A stretch of 64,000 nucleotides of DNA from Chrysomallon squamiferum (taxonomy: Eukaryota > Animalia > Mollusca). Position 1 is the first letter of the stretch, and every line of letters begins with the position of its first letter. The stretch covers positions 29,884,001 through 29,948,000 of the forward strand of contig CM022679.1 in the NCBI GenBank assembly GCA_012295275.1, in the 5' to 3' direction. The notes beneath the pieces are model-generated. The model was given only the letters and a program-made list of their open reading frames with translations, did no database searches and was not told where the DNA came from. This document shows, one piece after another, positions 35,881 through 51,382 of this stretch. The position numbers and the translations under genes are program-made.

Positions 35881-37139
35881 TGAAAAAATAAAATAAAATA
35901 AAAGAAACGAAACAAAACAAAACTAAACAAAATCCACAACAAAAATTAAATTAAATACACAAATGCTGAAATAGCAGAAGACCTAAATGTTAATTAATTA
36001 TAAATTATATAAAGAAATGATTAAAAAAATATATGTGACAGTTTATATACTTATATTACCACTGATTGGGAAAATGCTACTAAAACTTGTCAAATTGCTC
36101 AGTTTTATTTATAAACACGTTACAAATAGTCTAACAGATTCGAAATAAAGTTCCTTTAAATGTTTACAGGACTTTTCAAGAAAAAACTTTTAACAATTCT
36201 CGTCCGTTGCGGTACACATACTCTTACTTTTCTTACAGTTATGTGATTCTGGAACGACAACTTATTGACCGTAAATGTACAATAAACTGATTATTTTACA
36301 TCAGTACGTCTTTATCTAACTCAGTTATTGTTCCAGTTAACAGCTCTTATTAGAAGTAAAGCGTTTGTAATTGCTGAGAATATCTTGTTGATAATGAACT
36401 CACACACACCGGTTTAGTTATTTGAAACAATATTGCTTTGTAAGCCTAGACGATTATATCAATAAGCAGTTTACATTCAGAACTTGTCAGAAAAGAATTT
36501 CCGAAGCATCATGTTTATCGGTGTGTTATGGTTTTTTTTGTTGTTGTTGTTGTACGTTCCCCAGTGTCTTTATACCGGCGATCATATACATATCACCTTC
36601 AAATCTAGAATGTCGATCAAATAGAAAAGAAAAATATTTATTATCCGATTTTCTAACAGGAAAGAAGCGTGCAAACTGTATTTGTTGATCTTCTGTTGTG
36701 CTATTTTCAAAACTAAACAGATAACATTATTATAAATCAGTTCATGTACAGATATTTTCAGCTGGAAACAAATGGTGTATTGGTTTATTTGCAAGACCTT
36801 TGATGATCTTTTTAAATTAAAGCAATGAGTTTTATTTTCGCACGCACCGTTTCTGGATTATAACATGTCTGATGAATAAAAATAAAATACCGTGTTTGTC
36901 GTACTCGTATTCAAATGTGTTACTGATGTATAAAACTTGTTTCTTTATTGCATGTTTGTAAATTGTTATTTATTTCAATTAATTCTGATTCTGATATTAC
37001 AGTAAATACATAAACAAATAAACAGAAAAAAAAGGAAAGAAATAAAATAAAATAATAATCCGTCGAAACAGTCAAAAAAGAAATAAAAAAAGAATTAAAT
37101 GTTAATAATAATAATTTAAAAAAATGACTGTAGCTTATT

Positions 37140-37534
37140 TGTGTATGTATGTATGTATATATGTATGTATGTATGTATGTATCTATGTATGTATGTATAT
37201 TTGTATGTATGTATGTATGTATGTATGTATGTGTGTATGTGTGTATGTATGTATGTATATTTGTATGTATGTATGTATGTGTGTATGTATGTATGTATGT
37301 ATGTATGTATATTTGTATGTATATATGTATGTATGTATGTATGTGTGTATATTTGTATGTATGTATATATGTATGTATGTGTGTGTGTATGTATGTATGT
37401 ATGTGTGTGTGTATGTATGTATGTATGTATGTGTGTATGTGTGTATGTATGTATGTGTATATGTGTGTATGTATGTATGTATGTATGTATGTGTGTATGT
37501 ATGTATGTGTGTATGTGTGTATGTATGTATGTAT
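37140..37534. repeat. (TATG)n microsatellite
   Basis: Direct inspection. Confidence 0.95.
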
Positions 37535-37861
37535 GGACATTTCGCACGGCTTTAATAACAAAAACGTTTCGAATACTCAAACTGCCAGACTGAATTAAGA
37601 AAAACAACACGTAGTCAATCTGCTTGATTTTATTTACAATATAATTGTCAAACTGTTTAATTTTATTGACAAAAACCATTATAAGTATGAATATATGTTT
37701 TAATAACAAACACACTATATAGAGTCAAATAGCTGTAATAAGAAAAAACAACAGCAGCAGTTAAACTGTTTCGTTCATTAAGTAGTCAAACTGTATTTTG
37801 ATTTTATTAATAAAACGTCTTCCACCTTTTCTGATTCAGTTCTATGACCGGTGACAGTCAC

Positions 37862-37918
<57 letters not shown>

Positions 37919-38592
37919 TGTAAAAAGACAGCAACAACAGTCAAATTTGACTTTCTGAAGAAGTTATTTTTTTTAATTGTTAATATATTGCGAATGTACT
38001 TAACGAGAAAAACTACCTGAAAATCTGTTTTATTTTGTGCTTTCTCATAGACTCATCTAACCAGTTTCCTTTTTCATAATCATACAGTTTGAACTGTTTT
38101 TCTATTATTACCTCTGTAAGCAGACAAATGACAGCTTATACAATATATGATAAATATATAATCACTTACCATTTTCAACGTACACATAGTAGCTTATCTT
38201 TACACATATCGATTTATAAGAATATTTGTAAGTTTCTGATAGATAAATACATTTTTTTTTTTATAGACTCATAGCTTGAATACTAAAACCTGATTGCCGC
38301 TAAATAATAAGTTATTTATCCATAACTGACCAGGAAAATGTGTACAGTTTTGTTTTACTTATAATTTTGATTGCTTCATTATTTTACAATTAGGTTATCT
38401 GTCCGAGTGACGAGACCAATAGATGGCTTTTTATTAACAACAGATTTAGCAGATAATAAGAAAAAAGAATTATTTACTAAAAACAAAATACCTACAGTTT
38501 TCAAACTGTTTTTATTTATTTCTACTTCGCTGTTTTTCTTTTTAAATAACGATTTATTCTGAACAAGTACGTCGTCAACGTGATTAGTTGTA

Positions 38593-40291
38593 TTAAAAAG
38601 GTATTTCGCAAATGGATGAAAACTTTCTAGAACATAGACAATCATTCCATTCCCAGCCAAACGACATTTTGAAACCCAAACAGTGTTCCTTTTCATTGTT
38701 AGGTTGGCCAGGGTGCCAGTCAGTAAACTCGACTTCTGTGTCACTGGAATTCCATCGCCATTCGCCTGAAAAATCAGTGGCTCCAAACAACACTAAAACT
38801 GTGTTAAGATCTAAAATGAAAGATAAAGGAAAGACGCAATATTTTAAACTTGTAGGATTCTAAAGTTATTAAGAGACGCATTTAACTGAAAGAAATAACA
38901 ACAGCAACAACAACAGCAACTATATAAAAAAAACACACACACAAAGAAATAAAAACAAATGAACAGACACCCTCCACAAGAATTAGAAGAAAAACAATAA
39001 GAACAATAATACGTTGAAGAAAACAACAGAAACAAGACCACAAGTAGTGGGAGAGTAGTAGTAGTAAAAAGAAGAAAAAAAAGAAGAAAAAAAGAAAGAG
39101 AGAAGCTAAAAATAAGTACAATAAACGTACCAAAACATTAATAACAAAAACAAAACAACAACAACAATAGTAGTAGTAGTAGTGGTAGTAGTAGTAACGA
39201 TAATAGTAAAAAAAAAAGTAGTAGAAGACGAAGAAAAATAAAATAAAAAGAAGAAGTAAAATAAAAAAAAGAAGAAGAAGAAGTAGCAGAAGGAAAAAAC
39301 AGAAAAACATGTTTTTAAGAATAACAAAATGTTTCTGTGTAGTATCTCGTACCTTTTATGACTTCTTTTATATACTTATTTTTCTCAGCAGACTGTATTT
39401 CCATCAACTGTCCACCTTCTTCTATACACGTGTTTCTAGCCTCCTCAAATGTTGCTAAAGTTTCATGAATCTTGTAAAAGAAGGGGAAAGTAGAGGCCTT
39501 GGTATAACCAACATCCAGAGGTGATGTTTCTGATTAAATAAGTAAGTAAGTAAGTAAGTTAGTAAGTAAGTAAATAAGTAAGTAAGTAAATAAATAAATA
39601 TATAACAGCAACATTAATAAATGAGAGAAAAGTTCATGTAGAGATTTGAAAATACCCAGGTATCTATGAATAAAAATTACGATTGGTTTATACCATGAAT
39701 ACTTCTGGGATTAGTCAATACGATAGGACTAGCATCTATGGGGTTTAATAGATACGATAGGACAAGTATGTATGGGGTTTAGTCGATACGGGAAACCATA
39801 GCCATACCACTCGGATTACGGTAATAAAACAAATAAACAAAATTTAACGAAGAGCTCAACATATTTTTTTAAATGGTATTATATGTCGTTGGTTAAAGAC
39901 AGCATATATTACGACGAAAAACAAAATATAGAGGTTAATCTTTCTACAGTTAGCAGACTACAGTCTTTTATATGCACTTTTCAGTAAACAGGAAAATAGA
40001 TACCTCAACGATTAATATAACACAAACTACTACGACTGCCAAAGTAAATGTAAAAGAACATAAACAAAATGTAACTATGACGAAGATAGATAATCTCTTC
40101 TTTGTTTTAACGTTAAACAAGGATATTCTATGAAAGTGCGTTTCAGTACAAATATTTCTTTTCTGTACACTAAATACAGATAAACTATTAATACTTTTTA
40201 TAATTTTAAAAATTATTAATATATTATTTGTATTTAGTAATCTTAAGACTATATAGTCTCCATATAAAAAAGGGAAATATAAAGCAACTAC

Positions 40292-40323
<32 letters not shown>

Positions 40324-43230
40324 TGTGCATTAATAATTATAACAAGTAAATTAACTGCCTTTAAATGTTGTCAGAAGTAAATAATTGTTTGTTTAGCTCT
40401 TTTATTTTATTCCGCTGTTTTCACTGACGTCCGCGCAGTTATAACATACACGTGCGGTAAAGAAAACTCGAGATCTGAAAAAAAAAAAAAAAAAATCTAG
40501 CGGCGTGCACTTGCATAACAGCGATTCCCTTAGATATAAACAAAGCTGGATTTGGTGAGATACTTTTCTGTGTTGTTAGGCGTGTATGCAGTGTAATCTG
40601 TGTCATTATCGGTGTATGTGTTTAATATATTTATAACAAGGACCACACGCAGGGGTGGGTGCGAGGGGGGAGTAAACACAGACCCGATGTTGAGCAGTGA
40701 TTTCGTGGAACTGAAATTAAGACGTAACGTACACATGTAGGAATGTGCTGTAATATAACATAATGTCGTTAATGGCGAACAGGATGATTGGACACACTGA
40801 GGCAAACATGAAGTAATAACCTCTCTTTGTGTATAACATTTGACATATTTTGAAGCAGCGAAACAGGTGGAGCTGTATGTTAAACAGTTAGTTTTAGCGA
40901 ATTAAATATTCTATTAAGTATTTTATTTCAAGTTTTGTAAATCTAATATTAATACCTGTTTACATTGTTTTTTGGGTTTTTTTTAAATATTGATTCACTT
41001 GTGTTATTTTACCTGCACTGCAGTTTGTTGTTTTTCTATCAATTGTGCAGACTTCACCGGTTTTACATCTGTGATTCTCACATTGAAGAGCAAGCCGCTG
41101 AAATACAGAAATATCCGAAATTTTATTATTTCAGAAAAATAACATTTTGAAATCAATATATGCTGAAGAAACTCTTCACAGTATGAATATTATATCAAAT
41201 AAATTAACATTTTAATTGTTCTTTCTTTCATTTTTTTTTTTTTGTTTTTGTTTTTTTGTTACTCTTTCTAAATATCTTTTTGGTTCGCTGCAGGAAATTT
41301 AATAATTTCACCTTCCCGTAAACGGGAAACGTATTATTATCACGAATATGTGTTGCTGGATCTGAAACACAAGGTGTATTGCACAACAGAAGTACTTTGA
41401 TACAGTGCTGCGCATGTGGAAAGCTGAAGAAAATTTACTCAGTAAACACGGAAATCCTGCTTACAAAGTTCAGCCTGCGTTACACCAGCACATTCAGTCA
41501 CAGACCCCAGCACATTCAGTCACAGACCCCAGCCAGGTATTTCAGAAACTTAATGAGACATCAAACGCACTTCTTGTCATTTCGGAGAAGACAGATAAAA
41601 CAGAAGGTATTGAGAAGCGATTAAAAGCTATTCAAACAAAATTTATTTGCATGAGAGTGACAAGAACATTTCTGAGTGAAGCAAAATGAATACGTTTTTC
41701 AGACGCTAGCTTTGAATACCGAATAGGGACAGCTGTCGACATGATTACTGAAGGTAGACGATAGTACCCAGATACTGAAACACAAAACAGAAACAATGCA
41801 CCGAAAATTCGCAGACCATTAATGGTAATCCAAACAAGCGTACCTGCAGTTAATCCTCACGTACTGAAGAGCGAGCCTAGGACAAACTGAGGATCAACGC
41901 TGGCGATAATCGATTGAAATATCGAACCATTATTGTTACACAGATAAATTAAAAACTTCTGAGTCCAGACTTTACCACATATATAGAAAGAAAGTAAAAA
42001 TTCACTAAAAGCCCTATATACAAATATACAAAACTATACAAGATGAAATACTTATATGTGTTGAAAAAACAAAAACCCAACAACAACAACAACAATAATA
42101 AAAAAAAAAAAAAAAAAAAGAAGAAGAAAAAACAAGAAGGTTTCTGGTATGGACAATATAACTGAGGAATATATTATACACATTGTTGATTATTTTATAC
42201 ATGTACATGTCAAACTTTTTTATTTCATATCTTGATATTATTTTTCACAGATTTACAAAGATAAGCAGCATATTATGAAACAAGCACTATGTATTTCAAT
42301 CGACGACAATGAAGATGTGATAATATTTTATCCAGTGACAACTGAAATTATTCTGGAAAATTTGTCAAAAGTTTTAATAATTATGTAATCAGTTTATGAA
42401 ATTAATATTCACTCATTAAATGGAGAACATGAACATAATCAAGTATATATTACTGTCAAAGTAAGAGTGATTATTTACTGGGATCTCTTAATAACTACCT
42501 ATCATTACTTGTATTCAAACTACCACTGAATAATGTTAACAAGTCGATATTAGATGTTAAATTTGTCAGAGTAATGGTATCAGCAGAACGTCTTTGTTAC
42601 AATCTGATATTAACACAAGCTTCATAGATCACTACTTCAACTTATACATTATTTTGAAATACTGATAATATTTCAATATCATGCACAGAAAACTCAGGTT
42701 CCCATTGTTTTCGTATAGACTTTCAAAACATAATCTGCCTATTGAAACGGGCAGAGGTTAAAAAACATCCTATTTTGAGACAGAACATATTCATTGTTTA
42801 ATACATATGATATAAGATGAGTTTCATTATTTATTTACATCTACGTTTTACAGAAAACGAAGAAATCGATACCTACCCTTTTCCTCTCAGTCTAAGGCAA
42901 GTTTAGTTTTATAGATTATTTATCTCTAAAAAAAAGCTGTTGTCGTTAGAAAACTTTCCATATTTGGAAACTTCATCATGATTGCACTGGCTAACATTGT
43001 ACATATTTTTATTACACTATTTTAAATCCACCATCTTGTTTAAATTATATTAACCTTTGTATGAAAATATTCTCATAAGCCGTAGACTATGGCCTGAGTG
43101 CAGGAAAATTAAGTTCAGGAGATATTTTTATTTTTAAGTTATTTCTCTTTTATTAAATAAATAAAGATTGAAAATTAAAACCTTTGTAATATATTTAGCA
43201 AAACAATTTGTGTTTATATCGGCACACACA

Positions 43231-43266
<36 letters not shown>

Positions 43267-43695
43267 ACACACACATTTACACACACAAAAATACATATTG
43301 TCAATCCCATATATAAATTTTGTAACATACATATATAGTTCGTTATTATTCAATCTGTAAACACAAATAACTTTACATACCTTTGGCCAGTTCTGTATTT
43401 CCGAGTAAATACTTCCATTTTTGAACAGCAAATTGCCGTTACTTTCCTGGTTTAGTTCACAAATGTTCGTGGTAATGTCGAAGTTGATGCTCTGACATCT
43501 TCTTCTGAACAGACATTGCTGAACACATCGTAGTAGTCCGAAGTCTCTGAACACAAGAAACGTGCTTGAAGATGCAGTGTTGTATTGAAAGTGCTCACTG
43601 AAGTTGTCGTAGTTGGTACAAAGAGGACAGTGGCACCAAGTTAATATAAAGAGATGAAGAATTAGAACTCCAAGAAACAAAGTTTTGAAAAACAT
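38593..43695 (-). CDS. PAN/apple + C-type lectin protein, copy B, intact
   Basis: Exons 43381-43695, 41013-41097, 39353-39529 and 38593-38810 are in frame. Introns are enlarged by insertions. Confidence 0.87.
41342..43130. mobile_element. Insertion in copy B intron 1, possibly a decayed non-LTR retrotransposon fragment
   Basis: Homology to paralogous introns stops after GGAAACGTATTATTATC (~41341). The insert has a coiled-coil-like ORF (41405-41689) and broken frames. No intact RT motif was seen. Confidence 0.3.
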
Positions 43696-44955
43696 GTCTG
43701 AAGAGACTTCTAGCTTTGGATCGAAACTTGAGCAATAATAATTTGAATGTGAAAAAAAAAAAAAAAAAAAAAATGAAATGAAATGAAATGAAATAAAATA
43801 AAATAAAATAAAATAAAATAAAATGATAATAATTTTTCAAAAAGTGAATAAAAATTCGTTTTAATAAAGACGATTGTAAAAACTGAAATAACTGATCTTC
43901 AACTATTCTCAAGAGAACAAGAATCGTGAAGAAAAACGTTTTAACGATACTAGTCCTATAACAGATCTTTCTTTGAGTTATTTTACAGTCACGTGACTCT
44001 GTTACGGTAATCTGTTATCTGTTAGCGTATAACACTAAATTAACTGTCTGCAGAAATATTTCACTTATTGATCTAACAGCATGTATCAGAAGTGAAGTTT
44101 TTGTATTTGCTGAAAATTAGTTTTTCAAGGCAAGATGGTTGTATCGATAAGTAATGTCGATTCTTTCACTGCTACTGTGAAAGTAATCCAGTGAGTATTG
44201 ATTGCTTAATGACTTTATGGATTTTGTATGTAACCAAAGTCTTTTCATTAGAGATTAATAACAAGACAAACGTGAAAAAATGTGCAGAAAAGATGAATTT
44301 TTGTTGATCTTCTCTTGTCATTTTAAAACTAAACAGATAAAATTACTGGAAATCAGTTTTATACAGAAATTTTCAGTAGGAAACAAATAGTGTATTAGAT
44401 GATTTTCAAGAACATTTATTTCTAAATTACTTCAGTGAGTTTTATTTTCGGACACATAGTTTTTGTATTATGACATTTTTGACAAATTAAATTATAATAT
44501 TCTGTTTGCCTTACGCGTATTCTGTTTCAGTATTGACGAATAATATTTGTTTGATTTTCGTACGAAACAATAAATATTTTTATAAATAATTAATGCTGAT
44601 ATTGATTTGGCTTAATAAGTAAAGAAATTAACAAATAATATATGTTGTGTTTATGTGTGTAACAATGAGAAAGGTTCCGAGTAGTTATAGATTTTAACTG
44701 ACAAACAATAAATACTAAAGTTACATCAGACAATTACTTTTTAAAATATATAGTGAGAGAGAACAACAAGATAAATAGGCTTATATAACATAGGAAAACG
44801 ATCGTTTCATGGTAATTGATGTCATATCATTGATAGCTAAATATGACTGGAATGAAGTTGAGTTTGGTTCATTATTATCTTTACGTAATTATTTTTAATA
44901 AGACTTAGATAAAAGCAGTCGTGTCCTGGTATTGTCATATCATTTTAATTTTTAC

Positions 44956-45013
<58 letters not shown>

Positions 45014-45259
45014 TGATAATAATGATAATGATAATAATGATAATAATAATAATGATGGTAATAATAAATAAAGAAATAAAAACATTAAATCGTATCGGAG
45101 TGTTATTGCAGAGGAGAAGTGGAACTGAAACTAGTCAGATTGCTCAGTAAACAAATAGATGGGTGTCATTTATAAAAACATTATTAACACAAGACATTAC
45201 AGGCAGTCAAACGTTTAATTTTATTTTTAAAAATGCATTACATTTAGTCAAATAGCTTA

Positions 45260-45344
<85 letters not shown>

Positions 45345-46037
45345 AAAACATTACAGGTAATCAAGTAGGTTGGTTTTATAAAGAACAAAAACAACAACAA
45401 CAACGACAAAAAAAACTCAATAAATAAATAAAAATTAAAATAAAATAAAATAAACATTGCAGTTAAATTATCTACAGTTTTCTTATACATGTAATCTTGA
45501 TCCAGCAGATTTCAGAGTCCAAAGTAAGATTCATTCCTGTGTAAGATTCATTCCTAAGATTCATTTGCTCAGTTCCTATTTTATTTAGATTTGTCATCAA
45601 GAACAGTTATCACGATAACACCTGGGCATCTTTTATCATCTTCACGTTTTTGAAGTAATAGAATAGTCCCAGAATTAACCTGATGCTGCCGAATGCTTCC
45701 CATTTGAGTTTCGTTAGCTTAGTATTAGTTTACAATAATAATATATCAAGATGAACATATTAGAAATATGTGTGTGTGTGCATATTTGTGTGTGTATCTA
45801 TTGCTGCTACAAATATGAAAAAACAAATAATTGGCCTACTAGTAAGAAGAAAATGATCAAAAATATTTTAGTTTAGTTATAAGATACAACAGCAGATAAA
45901 TGAAATCAGTTTCTTGCATTAATAGTAATTCCGTTTCCATCAAAAAAAAAAAGAGTACTTAAGTCATACACATTATTCTTTTGATAGTCGAATAATTATT
46001 TCCCGCAGGAGTATCGTCACAGTAATTCGTTTTATTA

Positions 46038-46095
46038 TTAAGGTATTTGGCAAATAAATGAAAAGTTTTTAGAATATTTATAATCATTCCATTTC
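46038..46095 (-). pseudogene. Relic lectin C-terminus
   Basis: Reads KWNDYKYSKNFSFICQIP*. It is followed by a degenerate 36-bp satellite like those in lectin intron 2. Confidence 0.7.
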
Positions 46096-47558
46096 AATAA
46101 ACGGTTATAACGGGTTTTGTTATATACGGAGATACGATGTGTATGTGTGGTTCTTACTCGACACAGGGATACAATGAGGTTTTAGCCGATGCTGGATACA
46201 ATAAGTACCTAATAGTCGATATCGGAATACGATGAGTTATTACGGAATTTGATCAACGAGTATGTGTTGGTTTCAGTAGACATGGCATACCATGATACGA
46301 TGAGTACTCATAGGTTTTAGTCCGATGGGGATTCAATGAGCAGGTCTTGGTTTTAGTAGATACTGGATACTTTGAGAATCTACGGGTACGGTATACGCTG
46401 TCAGTGCCTACAAATAACTAAATATAGGATTGGGAAACCAGGAAGTGTCCCCCCACTTCCAAGGTGGAACATAGATAAGAATCCCCTATAAACATGAAAG
46501 ATGAAGAAAAATAAATAAAACGTTAAAAATCAGACAACAGGAAAGCAGACCCCACCTTTTAAACATGAAAGTTTAAATCAATCAACCAGATAACTTTGAT
46601 ACAATGCCCTTTGATATTTACATCATGAAAAAAAACATTATATTACCCCCCTTTGATATGGTACCAAGTCCAACAAACACGCTCAGAGATAAATTCTAAA
46701 TAAAAATTATCAATTATTTTTCGATTCTCTTGGCAGGAAAACAAAAAGTACTGTTGGGTAGGATCCTGGATAAAATAAAAAAAATAAAAATTAAAAATCA
46801 GTTATTGTGACAAAAGGTGAATGTAGGGTGTATATAAACAAAACTTAAAACGCAGAGACATACATTTGACACAGTCGTCCGAATTTGGACAATAGTCGAT
46901 GAATCGAATTTAATAAAGATTCGAGACAGAATTAATGAATTTAAATAAAAACAATTACAAAAGCCAAAAGTCAGGGCCAGAGGTGAACAACAATGCACTT
47001 ACTACTTTGAAAATGTAGGAAAAAAAAAAAAAAAAGCTGACAATAAATTGATGAACTAATTTCTGAAAATAGTAAATAAATAACTAAAAAAATATATATA
47101 TATATTTAAAAGACTACAATTTATTACAACAACAGTCATACACATCGGAAACAACCGATGTTATAGCACAAGAAGTAAATCATGTTTAAAAAAAACAAAT
47201 GTCATTGACAATGATAGAGACAGATCAGAAGGAGAAAAAAATCTTGATGAAGCAAACAATGCAGTTAAATAATGTGATAGACTGACAGCAAAATTTTATC
47301 AAGTATTTTTCAGTTTAACTCGTAAAGATTTAATTCTTTTAGTAAACAAAGGCTTTCTGTAGGGGAGTACTTACCATTTCGATGAGTCGGGGAATTATTG
47401 TTTTAATTTGAAAAGAAAATGATCTAAGTATTTTATTCTATATAAAAATAAATGAAAATGTTTTCTGTCATTTATAACAATTCAGTCTCCGCTTGTACCC
47501 TATACAATTTTCTTCTTCTTATTATTATTTTTTATTTTGTTTCCACCTTTTAAAGGAA

Positions 47559-49814
47559 TTAGGTCTGTTCATAAGATATTTCACAAATAGACGAAAACTT
47601 TTTATAGCAGTGACAATCATTCCATTTCCAGTCAAACGGCTTTCTAAAAGCTGTACAATACTGGTTGCCCTTTTTATTGTTAGGTTGGCCAGGGTGCCAG
47701 TCAGTAAACACTACTTCTGTGTTACTGGAATTCCATCGCCATTCGCCTGAAAAATGAGTGGCCCCAAAGAACACCTGAACTGTGTTAAGATCTAAAATAA
47801 ACAAATAAAGGAAAAAGTTAATAGTTTAAACTTGCATCATTTGAAAGTGCACTAGTGATAAAGTACTTGTAGCAGGTAACATAGTTTAATTTAAATTCTG
47901 TTAAGTATTAAATTGAGTAAATAAAGAACAAAACAACAACAATACTAGAAGCGACACTGGTAATAGTAATAAAAACAACAACAACAGCAATAATAATAAT
48001 AAGAAGAAGAAGAAGAAGAAGATGAAGAAGGAAACGAAGAAAAAAGGAAGAAGACAGTTAAAGTTTTTGACAATAACAAACTGTTTCTTCTCGTACCTTT
48101 GATGACTTCTTTTATGTAATTATTTTTCTCAGCAGATTGTATTTCCATCAACTGTCCCCCTTCTTCTATACACGTGTTTTTAGCCTCCTCAAACGTGGTT
48201 AAAGTTTCATGAATCTTGTAAAAGAAGGGGAAAGTAGAGGCCTTGGTGTATCCAACATCCAGAGGTGATGTTTCTGATTGAATGAATGAATGAATCAATT
48301 AATCAATAAATAAATAAATAAATAAATAAATAAATATGTAGTAGTAGTAATACTGCTCGTTAGATTTGAAAGTATCCACATGTCTTCGCCTTATAGATAC
48401 GAACAGTATACGTATGGGTTTTAATCAGTATGAGAAACTTTGAACATTTCTCGGGTTTTGATTCGTTACGGAATACGATGAGTTCTTTTGGCTTTTAGTC
48501 GATATGGGATAAAATGGGTTTTAGTCGATTCTAGTTACGATGAATACTTTTGAAGTTTGGTTGATATGGGATTCAGTGAGTAGCTATGGGATTTACCTTC
48601 CAAAAACAAGGAAAATAGACATGACTGGGACTGAAAAAACATAAAATTGTTTAATGCCTTGTTTCGTACAATAAAAAAATGTATAAAGCTCATTAAATCC
48701 GAAATTTATATATTCACAAGATGTTGTTACAAACTGACATACAGGTAGACAGAAAGGTGGATATATTTGTTGAATTATTAATTTGGGGTAATTAAACATT
48801 CATTACTCTTGACAAACAGTTTATATACAGTTTTGTACGGCTAATTTTAGCAAATGCTTCATGTTTTTAAATACTGATTTACTTGTATTACTGTACCTGT
48901 ACTGCAGTCTGTTGTTTGTCTAACAATTGTACAGACTGTGCCGTTTGGACAACTGTGATTCTCACACTGAAGGGCAAGTCGCTGAAATAAAGAAATATCA
49001 GAAATTTTATTATTTCCGTACAATAACATTCTAATGTCAAACAAAATCTTCATAATCTGAAAATGATATATCAAATAACTGACTCATGTTGTAGTTTTTT
49101 TCCTTTCTTCATACTGTTACTAAATATCATTTCGATTAGCAGCAGATTTTTTCAATTGTACCTTCCCGTAAACAGGAAACGTGTTATTATCGAGACCTTT
49201 TATCACTTTTTGTGAAATACAAGATCAAAACATTAATGGTCCAACGAATGCAGTTTGGATGTGTATGTTAATGTTTATTAAATAGAAAAAAAAGATTTAA
49301 AATAATACGCACACAATCTTTATACGTACAAATATACACACACATACAAACATAGAGACATATACACAGGTACACACATTACGCACACAGAATAAACCCT
49401 TAAATTTATTTACATTCTAATCCATATAATAAATTTATGCCCCACACCTAGAACATTCACATATAATTTTATGTATAGAACAACCCTAATTTGCATACCT
49501 TCGGCCAGTTCTGTATTTCTGAGTAAATACTTCCATTTCTAAATAGCAGACTGCCGTTACTTTCCTGGTTTAGGTCACAAATGTTCGTGCTAATGTCAAA
49601 GTTGATGCTCTGACATCTTCTTCTGAACAGACATTGCTGAACACATCGTAGTAGTCCGAAGTCTTTGAACACAAGAAACGTGCTCGAAGAACCAGAGTTG
49701 TTTTGAAGGAGATCACTGAAGTTGTCGTAGTTTGTACACACAGGACAGTGGCACGAAGTTAATCCAAAGAGATGAAGAATTAGAACTCCAAGAAACAAGA
49801 TTTTTGAAAAACAT
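47559..49814 (-). pseudogene. PAN/apple + C-type lectin, copy C, +1 frameshift in signal peptide (pseudogene or assembly error)
   Basis: Exons 49499-49814 (316 nt vs 315; ATG TTT TTC AAA AAT C TTG), 48897-48981, 48097-48273 and 47559-47791. The remainder is intact. Confidence 0.75.
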
Positions 49815-50849
49815 GTCTGAAGAGACTTCTGGCTTTGGCTCGACAATTGAGGAATAACAGTTTGAAAGCGAAACAAAATAAAATGAAATGAAATGAAATA
49901 AAATAAAGTATAATAATAACAAAACAAATGAATACAAAATTCGTGTTAATAAAGATTGAAGGTTGAGAACTGAAACAATTTATCTTACTTTAAATATTCA
50001 CAAGCGATCAAAACGTTTTTAACTATACTTGTCCTAGACCAGACTCTGGAACGATAACTTGTTAACCATTAACGTATAACAATAAAGTAATTATCTGATT
50101 AAATAAAAGGATACATTAGTAGTGAATCTTTTATATTTGGTGAAAATAGTTTGATGTTGTGGAACCGTCAGAAATCGTTGTAGCTCTTTCGAACAAATAT
50201 TTTTGTAAAGCCGGATGATTGTATTAATAAGCAATGTGGATTCATTCAATTTGCTAATAGGAAGTTTAATCCGTGAACTATTGTTTATCGGTTGTTGTTT
50301 TTGTTTTGTTTATTATGTATGTAGTCAATGTCTTTTCATTAGAGATTAATAACATGACAAACGTCAAGAAATGTAAAGAAAAGAGAAATATATGCTGATC
50401 TTCTCTTGTCATTTTAAAACTAAACAGATAAAATTACTGGAAATCAGTTCTATACAGAAATTCTCGATAGGAAACAAATAGTATACTAAATGATTTGCAA
50501 GAGCTTTCGTTTGTAAATTGAATCAATGAGTTTTATTTTCGGACACATCGTTTCTGGATTATAACATTTTTGATAAATTAAATTATAATATTCTGTTTGT
50601 CTTACGCGTACTTAAATTGGGTATTGATGAATAATATTTGTTTCCTTATTTTATTAAAGCGGTTTTAATTCCAAAATACTATATTTTATAAATATTTAAT
50701 TTCCTCTTCTAAACCCATCTTTACTCAATAATTATTAATGCTGATATTGATTAGGCTGACTTAATAATAATAATAATAATGATGATGATGATGATGATGA
50801 TGATATAAATAATAATAATAATAACAACAACAACAACAACAACAACAAC

Positions 50850-50889
<40 letters not shown>

Positions 50890-51382
50890 TTGAAAAAGAA
50901 ATCTACTGTTTTAATTCCACAACAGTTATACAAATCAGAAACAACCAATGTTATAACAAAAGATTATTTACTAATATTTGAAAAACGTTAAGCGACGACC
51001 ATAGAGTCACAATAAAAGGAGAAATAACTCTTGGTGAATCCAGAAATGCAATCAAATGGAACGCCTGGATATGTTGCTCTGATCGTAGAAGGTTCGTCAT
51101 CTAAATTTCGGTTTAACAGGTAAAGATTTAATTCATTTAATAAATGAAGGCTTTCTGTAGGTGAGGACTTACTATTACGATCTGACAGGAAATTATTGTT
51201 TTTATTTGAAAAGAAAATGTTCTAAGTATTTTATTCTATTTAAAACATAAATGAAAACATTTTCTGTCATTTATAATAATTCAATTTCCATAAACGAGTA
51301 CCTATATCATACATAGTTTTCTTTTCTTTGTTATTACTATTATTTTTATTTATTTATTTATTTTTCCGTATCTTAAACATAA

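Noticed and set aside
36920-37715. Long HTYI / MYVC ORFs (also 26417-27017, 27552-27758)
   Set aside because: Translations of (ACAT)n repeats.
38379-38863. Overlapping ORFs around lectin B last exon (also 47493-47750, 25617-25832)
   Set aside because: Alternative-frame or antisense shadows of real exons.
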